From assembly GCA_965235115.1 (NCBI GenBank), contig OZ249436.1, positions 31,932,001-31,996,000 on the forward strand: a DNA stretch of 64,000 nt, written 5' to 3'. The notes under the pieces were generated by a model, which saw only the letters and a list, made by a program, of their open reading frames with translations, was not told the origin of the DNA and ran no database searches. The position numbers and the translations under genes were made by a program. The stretch's first letter is position 1. The number at the start of each line of letters is the position of its first letter. This document shows positions 1 through 12,165 of the stretch, in pieces. This DNA comes from Laetmonice hystrix. Taxonomy: Eukaryota.

Positions 1-757
1 ACCAGTTCTCCCTGGACCATAACACCAATCCTCCCTGGCCGTTAACACCAATCCTCCCTGGACGTGAACACCAATCCTCCCTGGACGTTAACACCAATCC
101 TCCCTGAACCATAACACCAATCCTCCCTGGCCGTTAACACCAATCCTCCCTGGCCGTGAACACCAATCCTCCCTGGCCGTGAACACCAATCCTCCCTGGA
201 CCATAACACCAATCCTCCCTGGACCATAACACCAATCCTCCCTGGACCATAACACCAATCCTCCCTGGCCGTTAACACCAATCCTCCCTGGACGTGAACA
301 CCAATCCTCCCTGGACGTGAACACCAATCCTCCCTGCACCATAACACCAATCCTCACTGGACCATAACACCAATCCTCCCTGGACGTTAACACCAATCCT
401 CCCAGGACCATAACACCAATCCTCCCTGGACCATAACACCAATCCCCTGGACTAACCCCTGGACCATAACACTAATCCTCCCTGAACCATAACACCAATC
501 CTCCCTGGACCATAACACCAATCCTCCCTGGACTAACCCCTGGACCATAACACTAATCCTCCCTGAACCATAACACCAATCCTCCCTGGACCATAACACC
601 AATCCTCCCTGGACTAACCCCTGAACCATAACACTAATCCTCCCTGAACCATAACACCAATCCTCCCTGGCCCATAACACCAATCCTCCCTGGACGTTAA
701 CACCAATCCTCCCTGGACGTTAACACCAATCCTCTCTGGACTTTAACACTAATCCCC
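1..757. repeat. 23-bp minisatellite (GGACCATAACACCAATCCTCCCT and variants), about 32 units, runs off the window start
   Basis: Tandem units visible directly. An 81-bp higher-order unit (3x23+12) occurs around 445-660. Explains the repetitive ORFs at 42-683. Confidence 0.95.
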
Positions 758-1428
758 CATCCCGGTATACAATCATCATTATTATCAGGAACTGTTAAGA
801 AGGGCGTTTTAAGTACTGCGATTATTCGCTAACCACACTGACAGGCATTCCCTGACCCTGGTCATACTGAACCTTTTCATCAACAGAGCTTTAATTTCTT
901 GAGAAGCAGAAAAAAAGTCATAAAATTCAAAAATATTCCTATGTGGAACTGTCTGCTCGATTCTTTTCAAGTGTAAAATATATCTGTATGTATATGAACA
1001 TGTGCACGTCAAAATATGAATACCAGTGTCATATACATGTATTATAATGTGCGTCCACGGGTACAAAAATACAACAGCCTCCTCAAAACCGACCAAGGAC
1101 TTTGTCCGAGTCAAGCATGACCTCATCTACGGCAAGAAGACTTGAAGCGATGATTATAAGAGAGAATGAGAGTGAAATGAGCAGTTACCTATGTACGACG
1201 AGGTGTGTGACACAGACAGTAGTGTAAGACTGTATCTGTTGTGGTATAAGACCAGTATTCTGTGCCCCCTACCCAATACGTGTATGAATGTGGAACCCTA
1301 AGTTCGTCAGCACTGTCACTATCTGACTGCTCGGTGACGTCACCCAGACGTCTGACTGTTAGTGATACCTAGTGGAGGCGGTGCGGTGGGGCTGGGGGGA
1401 GCAGACTGGTAAAGACAGAGAGGCTTAC

Positions 1429-1452
1429 CTGACGCCGAGATTTGGTTCTTGG
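1429..1452 (-). CDS. CaMKII: Candidate 24-nt CaMKII hub microexon (A)KNQISAS
   Basis: Long pyrimidine tract ttgctttctttcttcttcactacgcccag, donor CAG|GTAAGC, phase 1-1, open in frame after ...FDN-G. Confidence 0.6.
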
Positions 1453-2893
1453 CTGGGCGTAGTGAAGAAGAAAGAAAGCAAATTATAAGATACGGCAGTC
1501 TTTGGGGAGGTTACTCTAACGCCAGCCATGCATGGTAAAAGCAGCGATAAATTTTCATTTAGCCAAACACCTTCCAAGGTCAGTGTCCTCAAGGAGTTTC
1601 CGAAGGACTTATGTGTATTAACGCCACATTCACGATCTTTAGACCAACCTAATCCAGAATGTATAGGCACACTATCAAGATGAAGGTACCTGGTAAAAAG
1701 CCTATACTTTTCCACGGAATTTCACAGTACAATCACATGCCGGCGGTAGAAACAGACTCTCTGACGGTGACTCTAACCATTCCAACAACAGTGTACCGAT
1801 CAACAACGTAGCATTTGTAAATTGTAACGTTTTGCCTGGGTGTTCAAAGGTGGGGGGTAGAAACACAGATTCTACTGCAATTCTGCCTTTAATATCGCGT
1901 CTGAAAAATCTACCCTATGCCGATATCGTGTATGAGTGGTATATGGAGCATATGTATTACGGAAACAGGATGCTGTTGACTGTAGCGCACACACTACATG
2001 GAGCGTGTCGGAGGCAGTGGTGAGACGGTGGCACTCCTGGTGGTAGACAAGTGTACTAAATACGGACAACCAGCACGCCATTGGTTCAGTGCAAACGTGG
2101 TGCCCAGCCGAAAGGTCGGCACAAACTATGGAACTAGCAATAATCTAGTGGTGATGTTGAGGCGCTAACACCGCTGTCACTATCAGCTTCCAAGATGCCA
2201 AACCCACACGCACCTACCTACCCTGGTTGCAGTCCTACACACCAGGTGGCGACCAGTAGGTGCTGCCCTGCACCAAGCAGGCAGTTGGTGACCTGTACTG
2301 TACCTTGGAAGGGGAGGGGCCCCAGCCCGCATCCATCCTTTAATAACTCAAGTCCCTCAGCAGATCACGTACTACAATTCCCGCCCATAGACAAGGCGAC
2401 TGAAACTCTCACTTCATCTATACTAAATTAGAGTTGGGAGGTTGGTTTCTGCTGGGAAAATGACAGTGTATCTGGATGGGTGTATATGTCTCCTACCGCC
2501 CTATCAAATAATGACGCCAATAGTGGTGCCCAAAACAAAGGCCTTATCGGTGGCAACAAAAGAAAAAGTGCATGGCAGCAGGCAGCCCACTCGGTGACTC
2601 AAAAACGTTTTAATCTTAATGTTGTCTTTATGAAAAATTACATCTAGGTCATAGCTAAATAAAATTTTATACAAAATTATGAAAAAAATCGTATTGCATC
2701 AGTAGACTCTCGAAAACATTTCAATAATTTTGTAAACTGACAACTTGTTAGCTGTATCAACCAAAATACATCAAAATAGCTCTTTACTAGTGGAACTAGT
2801 TTGTCCAAAATTGGTACCGCCCCCTGGTGGGCAAGTCCTACACCACTGTGGCTGACTGCTGTACTGGCATGCACATGCACAAAAGAACTTTAC

Positions 2894-2988
2894 CATTATC
2901 AAAGTAGAACTTGTGAAAGTCCATGCCTTCTATTAGGTTGCCAAATGCCTCAGGTTCGAAGCAGGTCAACTGGGGGTCCACATACTTC
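2894..2988 (-). CDS. CaMKII: CaMKII hub exon (T)[31 protein letters not shown]
   Basis: 95 nt, cag/gtaaag ends, phase 2-1, recognisable association-domain sequence. Confidence 0.97.
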
Positions 2989-3537
2989 CTGTAGTGACAT
3001 GAAAAAAAGAGAAGCGAATCAGAATCAAGAAAGTATCATGATTGCAACGAGTTGGTGTGGGACTTGGCAAGATAAAGTGTTTTGGATCCTAAAGCATTGA
3101 ACGCAATTAACAAGATAGATGCTTGGGTAATACCTTAATATTTCAGGAGCATGATGTAGCATACCTCTACATTTTCCCAAGCGTGCTCCTTCAACATCGT
3201 TTACTAATATCTATAATTGGGAATTATTGATGAAGACCGTTGCCTGACCAAGACCTTATTTCAGATATGGAAATGTTTTCATGCTGTTCCTCATCTGCAT
3301 ATGCATTCTAAATCTCAGCGGATTTCCAAAGATCATCATTTTTTAAGAGACAAATCGGAATTCAGTGGGGAAACCTGCAACAATCTGATGCCTGACCTGG
3401 GATGCCGATAAGCCCTCATCGTGTTGTATTGATTTCCATTCAAACTCTGAGTCACAACACTCTCCGACCCTGTAAACTGCACCAGGCTCGCCATTAAAAC
3501 GTCAGACTGACGGACCCCTGACCCTGTAATAACTCAC

Positions 3538-3613
3538 GTGTATTCTTCGTAGCTCCCACTGGTGATGGCTCCGATGAGTTGTTCTGTGAGCTTCACCACC
3601 TCCTGCTTACGGC
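3538..3613 (-). CDS. CaMKII: CaMKII first hub exon (G)RKQEVVKLTEQLIGAITSGSYEEY(T)
   Basis: 76 nt, tttcag/gtgagt ends, phase 1-2, matches the hub N-terminal helix. Confidence 0.97.
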
Positions 3614-6600
3614 CTGAAACGATTAGAACAATAAGACGGTTGTAAAAACTCGCTCCGACATTCCCGCACTCGCTGCAGTCAGAAAGGGGGCACACCTAGG
3701 GTGGGTAAACGGCACCCCACGTATTCTAAATAATAGAGGGACTGTGGTTTAGAACAATGTAAGGTTCTACTTTGGCTTTTACTGGTGTACTGGTATTGAC
3801 AATGGTGTTTACGATACAGACGTCGGGATTTATTTAGGTGATGTGCGGCAGTTCTATCCCAAATTTCTCCCCTTTATTAAATAATTAAAAACAATATACA
3901 ATGTACAGTGAAAATTAAAATTGTGAAGGGAGTGTCAACAGAACATCTTGTCTTTCTGATTTAATCGTGAAAACAAATCAAATCATAATTGACAGCTCCT
4001 TTTGTGAGTCCAGTCTCGCGAAATTATACGCCTCATGTCCTGTACTGAATAAAATTCAAACTAGGCGACAGAATTAACACTAAAGTACAAACAGCTACAC
4101 GGCCTAGGGCAGTAGCCTACGTACAGGGCACACACTGAGCGCCCTCTAACAGAAGCTGCAAGAACTAGGGTGAAACGGGTATTTCTGAACGAAGGCTGAA
4201 ACCGAAATTGTTAGTAACCACTGGAGCTGCGCTATGAAGGTGATGTGAAGGTGGTGGTAGGGCCAACACAAGTCGAACAGGGACAATGTTGATACTACCA
4301 GGACTATGACCTCTAAAAGCAAACAATAGGTCAAACTGGCCATCAACTAGCAACTGCCATGGCCCTGTCTCTAACCAGGCTTCAGCATTAACAAACACAA
4401 ACCGAGGGTGGGACGTGGAAACAAAATAACCAAAAATAAATAAATCCCAACCTCCCCCAAAACCTTCAAAATGAGAAACATCTTCCGACTCATATTTGTA
4501 AACCCAACACCTCAAAAAAGTCATCAGTTATTTGCAAAAGCTGTTTGTTCTCTTTTGAATGTATCACAAATTTGGAACAGAATAATGATTTTGAACCATA
4601 CTACTTGTAACCCTAAACTTTACCAAAACTCTAGCCAAAAGTATATTCCAGCTTGGAACCGATACATGTACCAGCCCTCTGGCCTGGTCTCCTCGTTACC
4701 CAGGCGCTGCACATTTTATAGGATATTTTTTAAGGTACGGTATGGACGGCTCTGACGGGAGCTGTATAACGAGCGGTGACAGGGGTCAAGTCCCCGTCAT
4801 CCTGATGTCATGGCCGCCAACAATCGGGATGGTTGGCACAGACCGTATCCCGACTACCGACAATCTGTTCATACTCACGAACAGAACGCCCGAACGTACG
4901 GCATGAAAACCATTGTTAACCACATGACGTATTTAAAGGATATACGATATTAAAATATTCAAAATATGGACGGTAAACCTTCTGCAAGGATATAACGGCT
5001 GGTAGAAAATTGCCCCTAATTGTCTCTATTTTAATCTGAGATTCTATATAATTACGGGCATCCTTCAACTTTTCATGTTCATATAAAAAAAGTAAGATGA
5101 ATTGACTGTAAATAATTTATTACCAGTTTTACAGCAAACCTGCTGTCCTTATATAGTTTAGTGAGGAGATTCTTTGGAAACGGTAGCACGGCTGTAGCAT
5201 TTCATATCAGCCTAAAATGGTGCTCGTTATGAATAAAAAAGTTTAGTCGAGATCAACGTTTAGTCTCCGAACATGTATGGATTAAATGTTTCAGCGCCCT
5301 TCATTGTTTTCATTCCAATCCAGACATTGCCGGCTACAGTCACCTCATTAACGTACTGTGGTAGATTTTTGTTTGAACCTAAATCAGTACTCATCAAAAC
5401 GATGCAATCCCTCATGTACCCTACTATATGACAGCCAGACACCACAGTCTTTGAGTACTGTCCGCTCGCAACAACGCCAAGTCAGCTAGCACTTTGGAAG
5501 GACGGCAGATGGACGAAGAAATCCGCCACACACGTTTGCTAAAGGTGAATGTGCGGGGCTGAATTCACATGACTGAGTGAGTGGGGCGACAGCATGTCGA
5601 TCACCATTTAACAGGGGGTAGGGAACACCAACCAGTGCCTAAACACAGCCTCAGTCAGTGGCGTCAACGACTGCATGTACCTCAGGAAACCATACACGAT
5701 GCACCATTGTTTACAGCGGACAACTTCAACTCGGTTAGTCTAGGTCTAAACAATATTAAAAAAATATATATACAATCGGACAAAAGATGGCTACAGGTAT
5801 TATCTGCCAGTCAGTCCCAGATAGTCGTTACACCAGTGTCAAATACTGCACACGTATTAAGTATAGGATTGGGAGGACTGCATCAAGAAATATATTAGGT
5901 CAGGCGAAGATTGTGGGCACGATATACTCACTGTCTACCGAATTACTAGTAGTATCTGACTTTCCTGCAGTGGAGACCCAGCCAAGAAAGAAATAGACAC
6001 ATTAGTGAAAGAACCTGTTACACAGTATGAAAGTAGGGGCACACACACACAGGTCAGACATGGTTGTGTATATGGATGGCAAATACTTACTGCTGTCATA
6101 GCAGAGTAAATGTACGAATGTAATCATTACAGCAAGGCCCAGTGGCCGAGCCTAACCTGACATCATGCCTCATGTTACTGGGAGCGGGTTAAACTAGGCA
6201 AGGTACGGAAAACGTTGCAATAATAACTGGACAATTACCGCCTATTATAATACCATGTTTAAAGGAAAAGAGCTCACTTGCTAATATTTCTACACAAATC
6301 GGCTGTCTTTCGGAAAGATGAATTATGCTTTTCAAAGCCGAGAATCAGTCAGACTACTCGTAAACAAAGATTCACAGTTCACACACATGCTCTGTGACAA
6401 GGCATTAGACAATTAATTTACTTGTTTGTTGTCAAAAATGGAAAAGGTGTTTAAATTTATCTTTCCAAATGACAGCCTCGTACTTGGATGGTTCTCTCTA
6501 CTTACATGTCGCACCATGGGACCATTTCTAATTGCCGATGCAAATACACTTTTGTCTCATGACCCACATACTAACCTCAATTTTCTCAGGGCACAGGTAA

Positions 6601-9317
6601 AACTGACCAATTTTCAATTGGGCCAATGTACAAAAAAACAGGTCTTTACATCATGTTATGTTCCCTCATTTTGTTGCACACGTTTTGTTTGACGAGCACG
6701 TATCATTACTTAAATACCATTCTGGTCATTGCGGACCATGACGAGTGATTACACTTCAGGCATCGTGACAAAGCCCAGACTGATTAGTGAGAGGGAGAGA
6801 GAGGGAGCGAGGAATACACGTTAACATTTGGGGCCACGATGACCACCATGCAAGGCTGATGGTGCACAGAGGATCGTTTAGAGCCACACAAGTTCTTTTT
6901 TCTTTTCCTTTTTTTTTCTTCTTTTTCGGAAAGATGCAATCCCACCAGGCTGTCAATCAATCAATCAATCAATCAATGGTCAAATGTATCGTTACTGTCG
7001 ACAATGCAGCTGGTCTGGGAGTTGGCGGGGGTTATAAGCCGAGGGAACATCCAGAACAAGGAAAACAGCTGCCTGGATTGAACTTTCACAAAATGCGTCT
7101 ACTACCGCCGCCACTTGGACACATACTCTACCGTAATATAAAACCAGTCACAATGACACTTGGAAAAGTCACCGAAAAAAGGCGTCACCAGACACAGCTG
7201 CTAATGGATCTTTACTTTGATATCACAACAGTGAACTGTCTGGATAGGAAGTAAAGATGGTACAAGAAGACAGTGGCGCACACAACACTCGGCGACTGCA
7301 GAGGAGGAGGTAGAGGGGCACAGTGACTAACTCACACGGTCAAATAAAGGGGGGGGGCGAGAGGCCGGCGGGGCCTCCGCGGCAACCCAACGACAACAAG
7401 AGCAATGCACAATCTGCATGGCGGCAGCAACCACGTGGGGCCCGGGTGGTCCGGCTGGCCTGGCGGACAAGGGCCGGCCCAAACCCGGTTGACGGCCCTC
7501 CCCCCTCCAACCGGATCGGACCCACCCGGCCCTCTCTCCCGCAGAGGTCCGCAGACGTCCAAACTGCCAGAGCCCGATAAATCACAGCCAGGCCACAACG
7601 GCGGTATCGGGTAGGGCAAGGAAGGGGGAAGCTCTCAAAAATTCACAATTTCATTGAAAGCCTCTGGCAGGGGAGGAGGGAGGCAGGGGTGTGTCTCAAT
7701 AGGCTACAACTGAACGACAGCTAACATTGGTGCATGTAGAAATCCATGGGTACCGCGAGGTTTGGGGAAGGGTTTTTTTTGGTGTGGGTATACTATTTCA
7801 AGGGGGTTGTGTTCTTTTATGGGGTTAACAGTCAACTTTTCGGTTGCACTAAGAATGCAGCGCCGGCGGTGACCGTGGTCACTAGCAACAGATGGCTGAG
7901 CTGACTAGAGACATGAAACACAGGAACAACTTAGAAACCGATCAAAACACACTGGGTGAGTGGCACCAACGAGGGCGGCAAACTGTACGCTGTTACATAC
8001 TCATATGCCTGGGAGTTAGTCCTAAAAGGCCAAACCACAGCAGAAATAACTTGAAGAGGGAATTTTCATTATGCAGAATCAATTTCATAAGCTACAAATA
8101 TATATAAATACAGACACACATATGTATATATATTCTACTTTAACTTTTACTTCATTCAACAAAAGGGGCCAAAAATGAGCAAGCAACTTGTTCATTAAGG
8201 AGAAGTTCTGAGGCTAAACTGCTCAATGGACTTTAGTACAAAGCATGGTGGGTAACCAGGTGATGGTACCGAGGCCATAAGGGGAAGTTTTCCATGCTGA
8301 ATGCAGAGTGCCTCACCCAAAGAAGTGGTTTGGCCTGCGCATGATTGTGTATCGCTTTGTGAGGCTGCTTTGTCTGCTTTGGGGACCGGACCTTCATTTG
8401 TAAAGATCATCTATTGCACAACGCATATCTAGCTCAACTTCATAACTAACATAACAACTATAGATACAAATGTCGCTGACACATGCAAAAGCAATCCTCT
8501 ACAAATCCAGATGCAACATGAATGCTGTTTTTAATTGGATTTAGTGGCGATCTAGCGTCTGATTACAGACTTATCCATACATTTACTCGCATTTCTTTAG
8601 TTCCTATTATCATTATTTTAATGTCAAACAATCAAACCCTCAATACAAACACACGCCATGTCACTTCTAAATGAATTACATTTTTACACAAGAGACATTA
8701 TCCTAATTAGTGAATCTTACACTAACTTTAAAAACTGCCATAACAATATTCTTATTTTGGGCCTCATTTAGGCAGGTTATACATTATCAACAAGATGTCT
8801 CTAACTTTATCTTTCACAAGCTTTGTGAAATCAATGTCATGTAACGCCACATCTTGTGTTTTACTGTTTACAAACTCAATGCCACGTCAAATAGCACCAG
8901 AAGACATAGAAGGAAGACCAAAGGCACTACTTTCTTACTATTGCCACATGTACGAGAACTTGTTCAACTCAGTTCCAAAGCAATCGAACTTTAGTCACTA
9001 TGAATATCAACAAATCAATCAACAAAGCAGTCACTAATCACAAGTCCATAATTACGTTCAGTTTCTCTTTTTCTTTCTTTTTCCCCCCCTTCCGTTTCTT
9101 GCTTCACTTTGGCCAAATCAAATAATGTGGAATGGATAAAACAATTACTGTGCTTTGCGACGTAAAACAGAAGGTGGGGGTGAGAACTATTTCTTTTTCT
9201 CTTACTGACAAATCAACTGAGGTGCTTTGAATGTAATAGTAAAGTACAAACTGACTAAAACAGTAGGGAATATGGAGTGTCGGAGAGGTAGGTGGTTTGA
9301 GAAGCAGACCTACATAC

Positions 9318-9383
9318 TTGTTACTTCCTGAACGGTCAGATTCCTTTGTTGTGTGAACATGCTCGCCATAGATCTACAAAACC
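9318..9383 (-). CDS. CaMKII: Candidate variable-linker cassette exon (G)FCRSMASMFTQQRNLTVQEVT
   Basis: 66 nt, phase 1-1, open. Branch-like GCTGAC, then cattgccttgctgtctacacacag acceptor; donor CAA|GTATGT. Confidence 0.55.
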
Positions 9384-10365
9384 CTGTGTGTAGACAGCAA
9401 GGCAATGCGTCAGCACAGACTCTCCAAGCCATAAAACCCCAAGCCACACACCCGGTTAAGAAAGAAAAAAAAAGCCCCAGACCAGTCTATAGTTCAAACA
9501 GATCTTTTAACACAAACAGGTGGGGGCCCAGCTGGGCTAATAGAAAATAATCATATCCGATTAGGCTTATTTAGGGGCGTCTTTGATCTACAAGTCTTAG
9601 TAATCCGCAATTATTTCATTTTGCACTAAGATACTGATAGCAATTAATCTTTTACCGAAGTGACTAGGTGTCCCCGGGTATGTTAATCATTCATTAATCA
9701 TACAGTATGTGTGTATAGCACATGCTGCCCAACAAAACATAATTGATTTCAGTCAACCAAACCATGTTTCACTTACAACATTTGAGAGCCATGATAATTA
9801 GAACTTATAATATAAATTTTCTTAAACGTATGAGAAAAAACGTTTCCTTACTGATAATATGAAAAGAAACAAATCATTATTCTTATAATATTACTGTAAC
9901 GGAAATCTGTTAATATAAACTTCTGTATACATAAAGGAACTTTGTGACAAAAAGGCTTGGAATTCCTTGGTCCAAAATGAAAAAATATTGGTAAATGCAT
10001 TACACGTGCTCAATGTTTTTCTCAGAAACTGCAGAAAGTCAAACATGTGCAGAGCATACTAGAAACGCTACCAAAGTTAAAGATAATTATAAAATTGTGC
10101 AAAATATGGAAGTGCTATGCATTGCATAATCACCCAGATAAAAAAGGCAAAATTTTCCTACCGGCGACTACTGAAGCGAATCTAATCTATAAATCAAAAG
10201 AATCACTTGGGGGACTTTCACAAATTTCCTCTATGCTACCACAAAAATCACGGTTCATCTATACCCGAACGTATGGCAAGAACCTGGTGGGGGGGGGGGG
10301 TACAATGACTTCTACGACAGGCACGTTTGCCATAGGACATGTGCTGCCCCACCGAGTCACTAATC

Positions 10366-10765
10366 CAGGGTGTCAAGTGCCAATGACCCTCAAAAAAATA
10401 GGAAAATAGGAATTTGCTGTGGCAAAAAATAGGAATAAAATAGGAATATCAAACAGAAAATACATGTACATATATGGAAAATATGATTTTTTTGAATAGT
10501 CACTATCGACTTAGATAAATTCTTGAGATTCTAAAGCTTAAGTCCTTGTAAAAAATGTCCAGCGACGAGGTGGTGTTCACTTTGGTACCATTTATTGAAA
10601 TTCACGCAATTTTACGGTTTATAAAAATCGACAAAAGACATGTGTAGAAATACTTTAGGGATCTATACTGCCCCAAAATAGGAAAAAATAGGAATTTTAC
10701 TCCAAAAATAGGAATAAATAGGAATGATGCCGAAAAATAGGAAAAAATAGGAACTTGACACCCTG
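10366..10765. mobile_element. 400-bp MITE with CAGGG termini (hAT-like)
   Basis: Perfect 13-bp TIRs CAGGGTGTCAAGT (10366-10378) and ACTTGACACCCTG (10753-10765). Flanking direct repeat CTAATC (10360-10365, 10766-10771). Subterminal AAAATAGGAA repeats. Confidence 0.88.
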
Positions 10766-10929
10766 CTAATCACAAGTCACGGGGCACTATGACTGACATC
10801 CAAATCTTGCCGATTGAACAGTTCAGTCTATACTGTAGTTTACATAGACACAGACTCGCAGAGAGCACGGCTAGGACAAAAAGCCAGCCACGAAGGACCA
10901 TACAGGGACTCGGACGTATGGAACACGAA

Positions 10930-11597
10930 GACAAGCTAACCACAGATGGTTACCATCCCAGGACAAGCCAACCACAGATGGTTACCATCCCGGGACACGC
11001 TAACCACAGATGGTTACCATCCCGGGACAAGCCAACCACAGATGGTTACCATCCCGGGACATGCCAACCACAGATGGTTACCATCCCGGGACAAGCCAAC
11101 CACAGATGGTTACCATCCCAGGACAAGCCAACCACAGATGGTTACCATCCCGGGACATGCCAACCACAGATGGTTACCATCCCGGGACAAGCCAACCACA
11201 GATGGTTACCATCCCGGGACAAGCCAACCACAGATGGTTACCATCCCGGGACAAGCTAACCACAGATGGTTACCATCCCATGGGACAAGCCAACCACAGA
11301 TGGTTACCATCCCGGGACAAGCCAACCACAGATGGTTACCATCCCGGGACAAGCCAACCACAGATGGTTACCATCCCAGGACAAGCCAACCACAGATGGT
11401 TACCATCCCGGGACAAGCCAACCACAGATGGTTACCATCCCGGGACATGCCAACCACAGATGGTTACCATCCCGGGACAAGCCAACCACAGATGGTTACC
11501 ATCCCGGGACAAGCCAACCACAGATGGTTACCATCCCGGGACATGCCAACCACAGATGGTTACCATCCCGGGACAAGCCAACCACAGATGGTTACCA
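10930..11597. repeat. 32-bp minisatellite GGGACAAGCCAACCACAGATGGTTACCATCCC, about 21 units
   Basis: Highly homogeneous tandem units with internal palindromes GATGGT-T-ACCATC and TCCCGGGA. Source of ORFs at 10789-11769. Confidence 0.95.
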
Positions 11598-11938
11598 ACC
11601 AGACAGGGGGAACTTGTCACTGAAGGCGACGTCCACGACACAGGTGTGTGAATACAAAAACACAGAGACGACAAAGATGAGACACAAATATGAAACCAAT
11701 CTGGTGCCAATCAAAAATCCTTTATCGCCGCACCGGTCAGCAAACCTAGCTCTGCTCCTTCAGTGTTAGACCACTGCCTCTTTCCTAACATCTCTCCGCT
11801 ACAATCAGATCCAAAGTTACTGCTCGGACATTGGAAATCTGTCACTGGAAGCCACTGTTGCGACACACCTGGAATCTACAACTCGCATATCGAACCACAA
11901 TGATTGGAAGTTGGGCACTAACATCCCGGCCTGGTGAA

Positions 11939-12075
11939 ATGACTATGATTAAAGATCCTCTCTCAGAATGACTATGATTAACGATCCTCTCTCAGAATTA
12001 CTATGATTAACGATCCTCTCTCAGAATGACTATGGTTAACGATCCTCTCTCAGAATGACTATGGTTAACAATCTT
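11939..12075. repeat. 30-bp tandem repeat (ATGACTATGATTAACGATCCTCTCTCAGA-type), 4-5 units
   Basis: Directly visible tandem units. Confidence 0.9.
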
Positions 12076-12165
12076 CTCATAAATAAGGGATGAGTAGAAC
12101 GACTTTTGTGGGCAGTCTCTTCTCAGACATGCAGGTAAGATGGCCATGATTGGCAGAAACCTACC

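Noticed and set aside
1..757. CRISPR-like look (constant AACACCAATCCTCCCT separated by variable 7-mers) and ORFs 42-683
   Set aside because: The variable parts are a few recurring variants of one unit rather than unique spacers. No cas genes, and the context is a eukaryotic intron.
6091..6127. ATG-started MITFVHLLCYDS with a strong GCA|GTAAGT phase-1 donor, as a hydrophobic alphaKAP-like leader
   Set aside because: Only 12 codons, too short for a membrane anchor, with no promoter signal or good acceptor. Expected by chance in a 14-kb intron.
7332..7637. Stop read-through or selenocysteine at TGA 7637-7635 into a 100-codon open frame
   Set aside because: The context TGA-GAG is not a known leaky one, no SECIS was recognised, and high GC explains the lack of stops.
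10789..11769. 156-225 aa ORFs in all three plus frames
   Set aside because: Translations of a 32-bp repeat that lacks stop codons.
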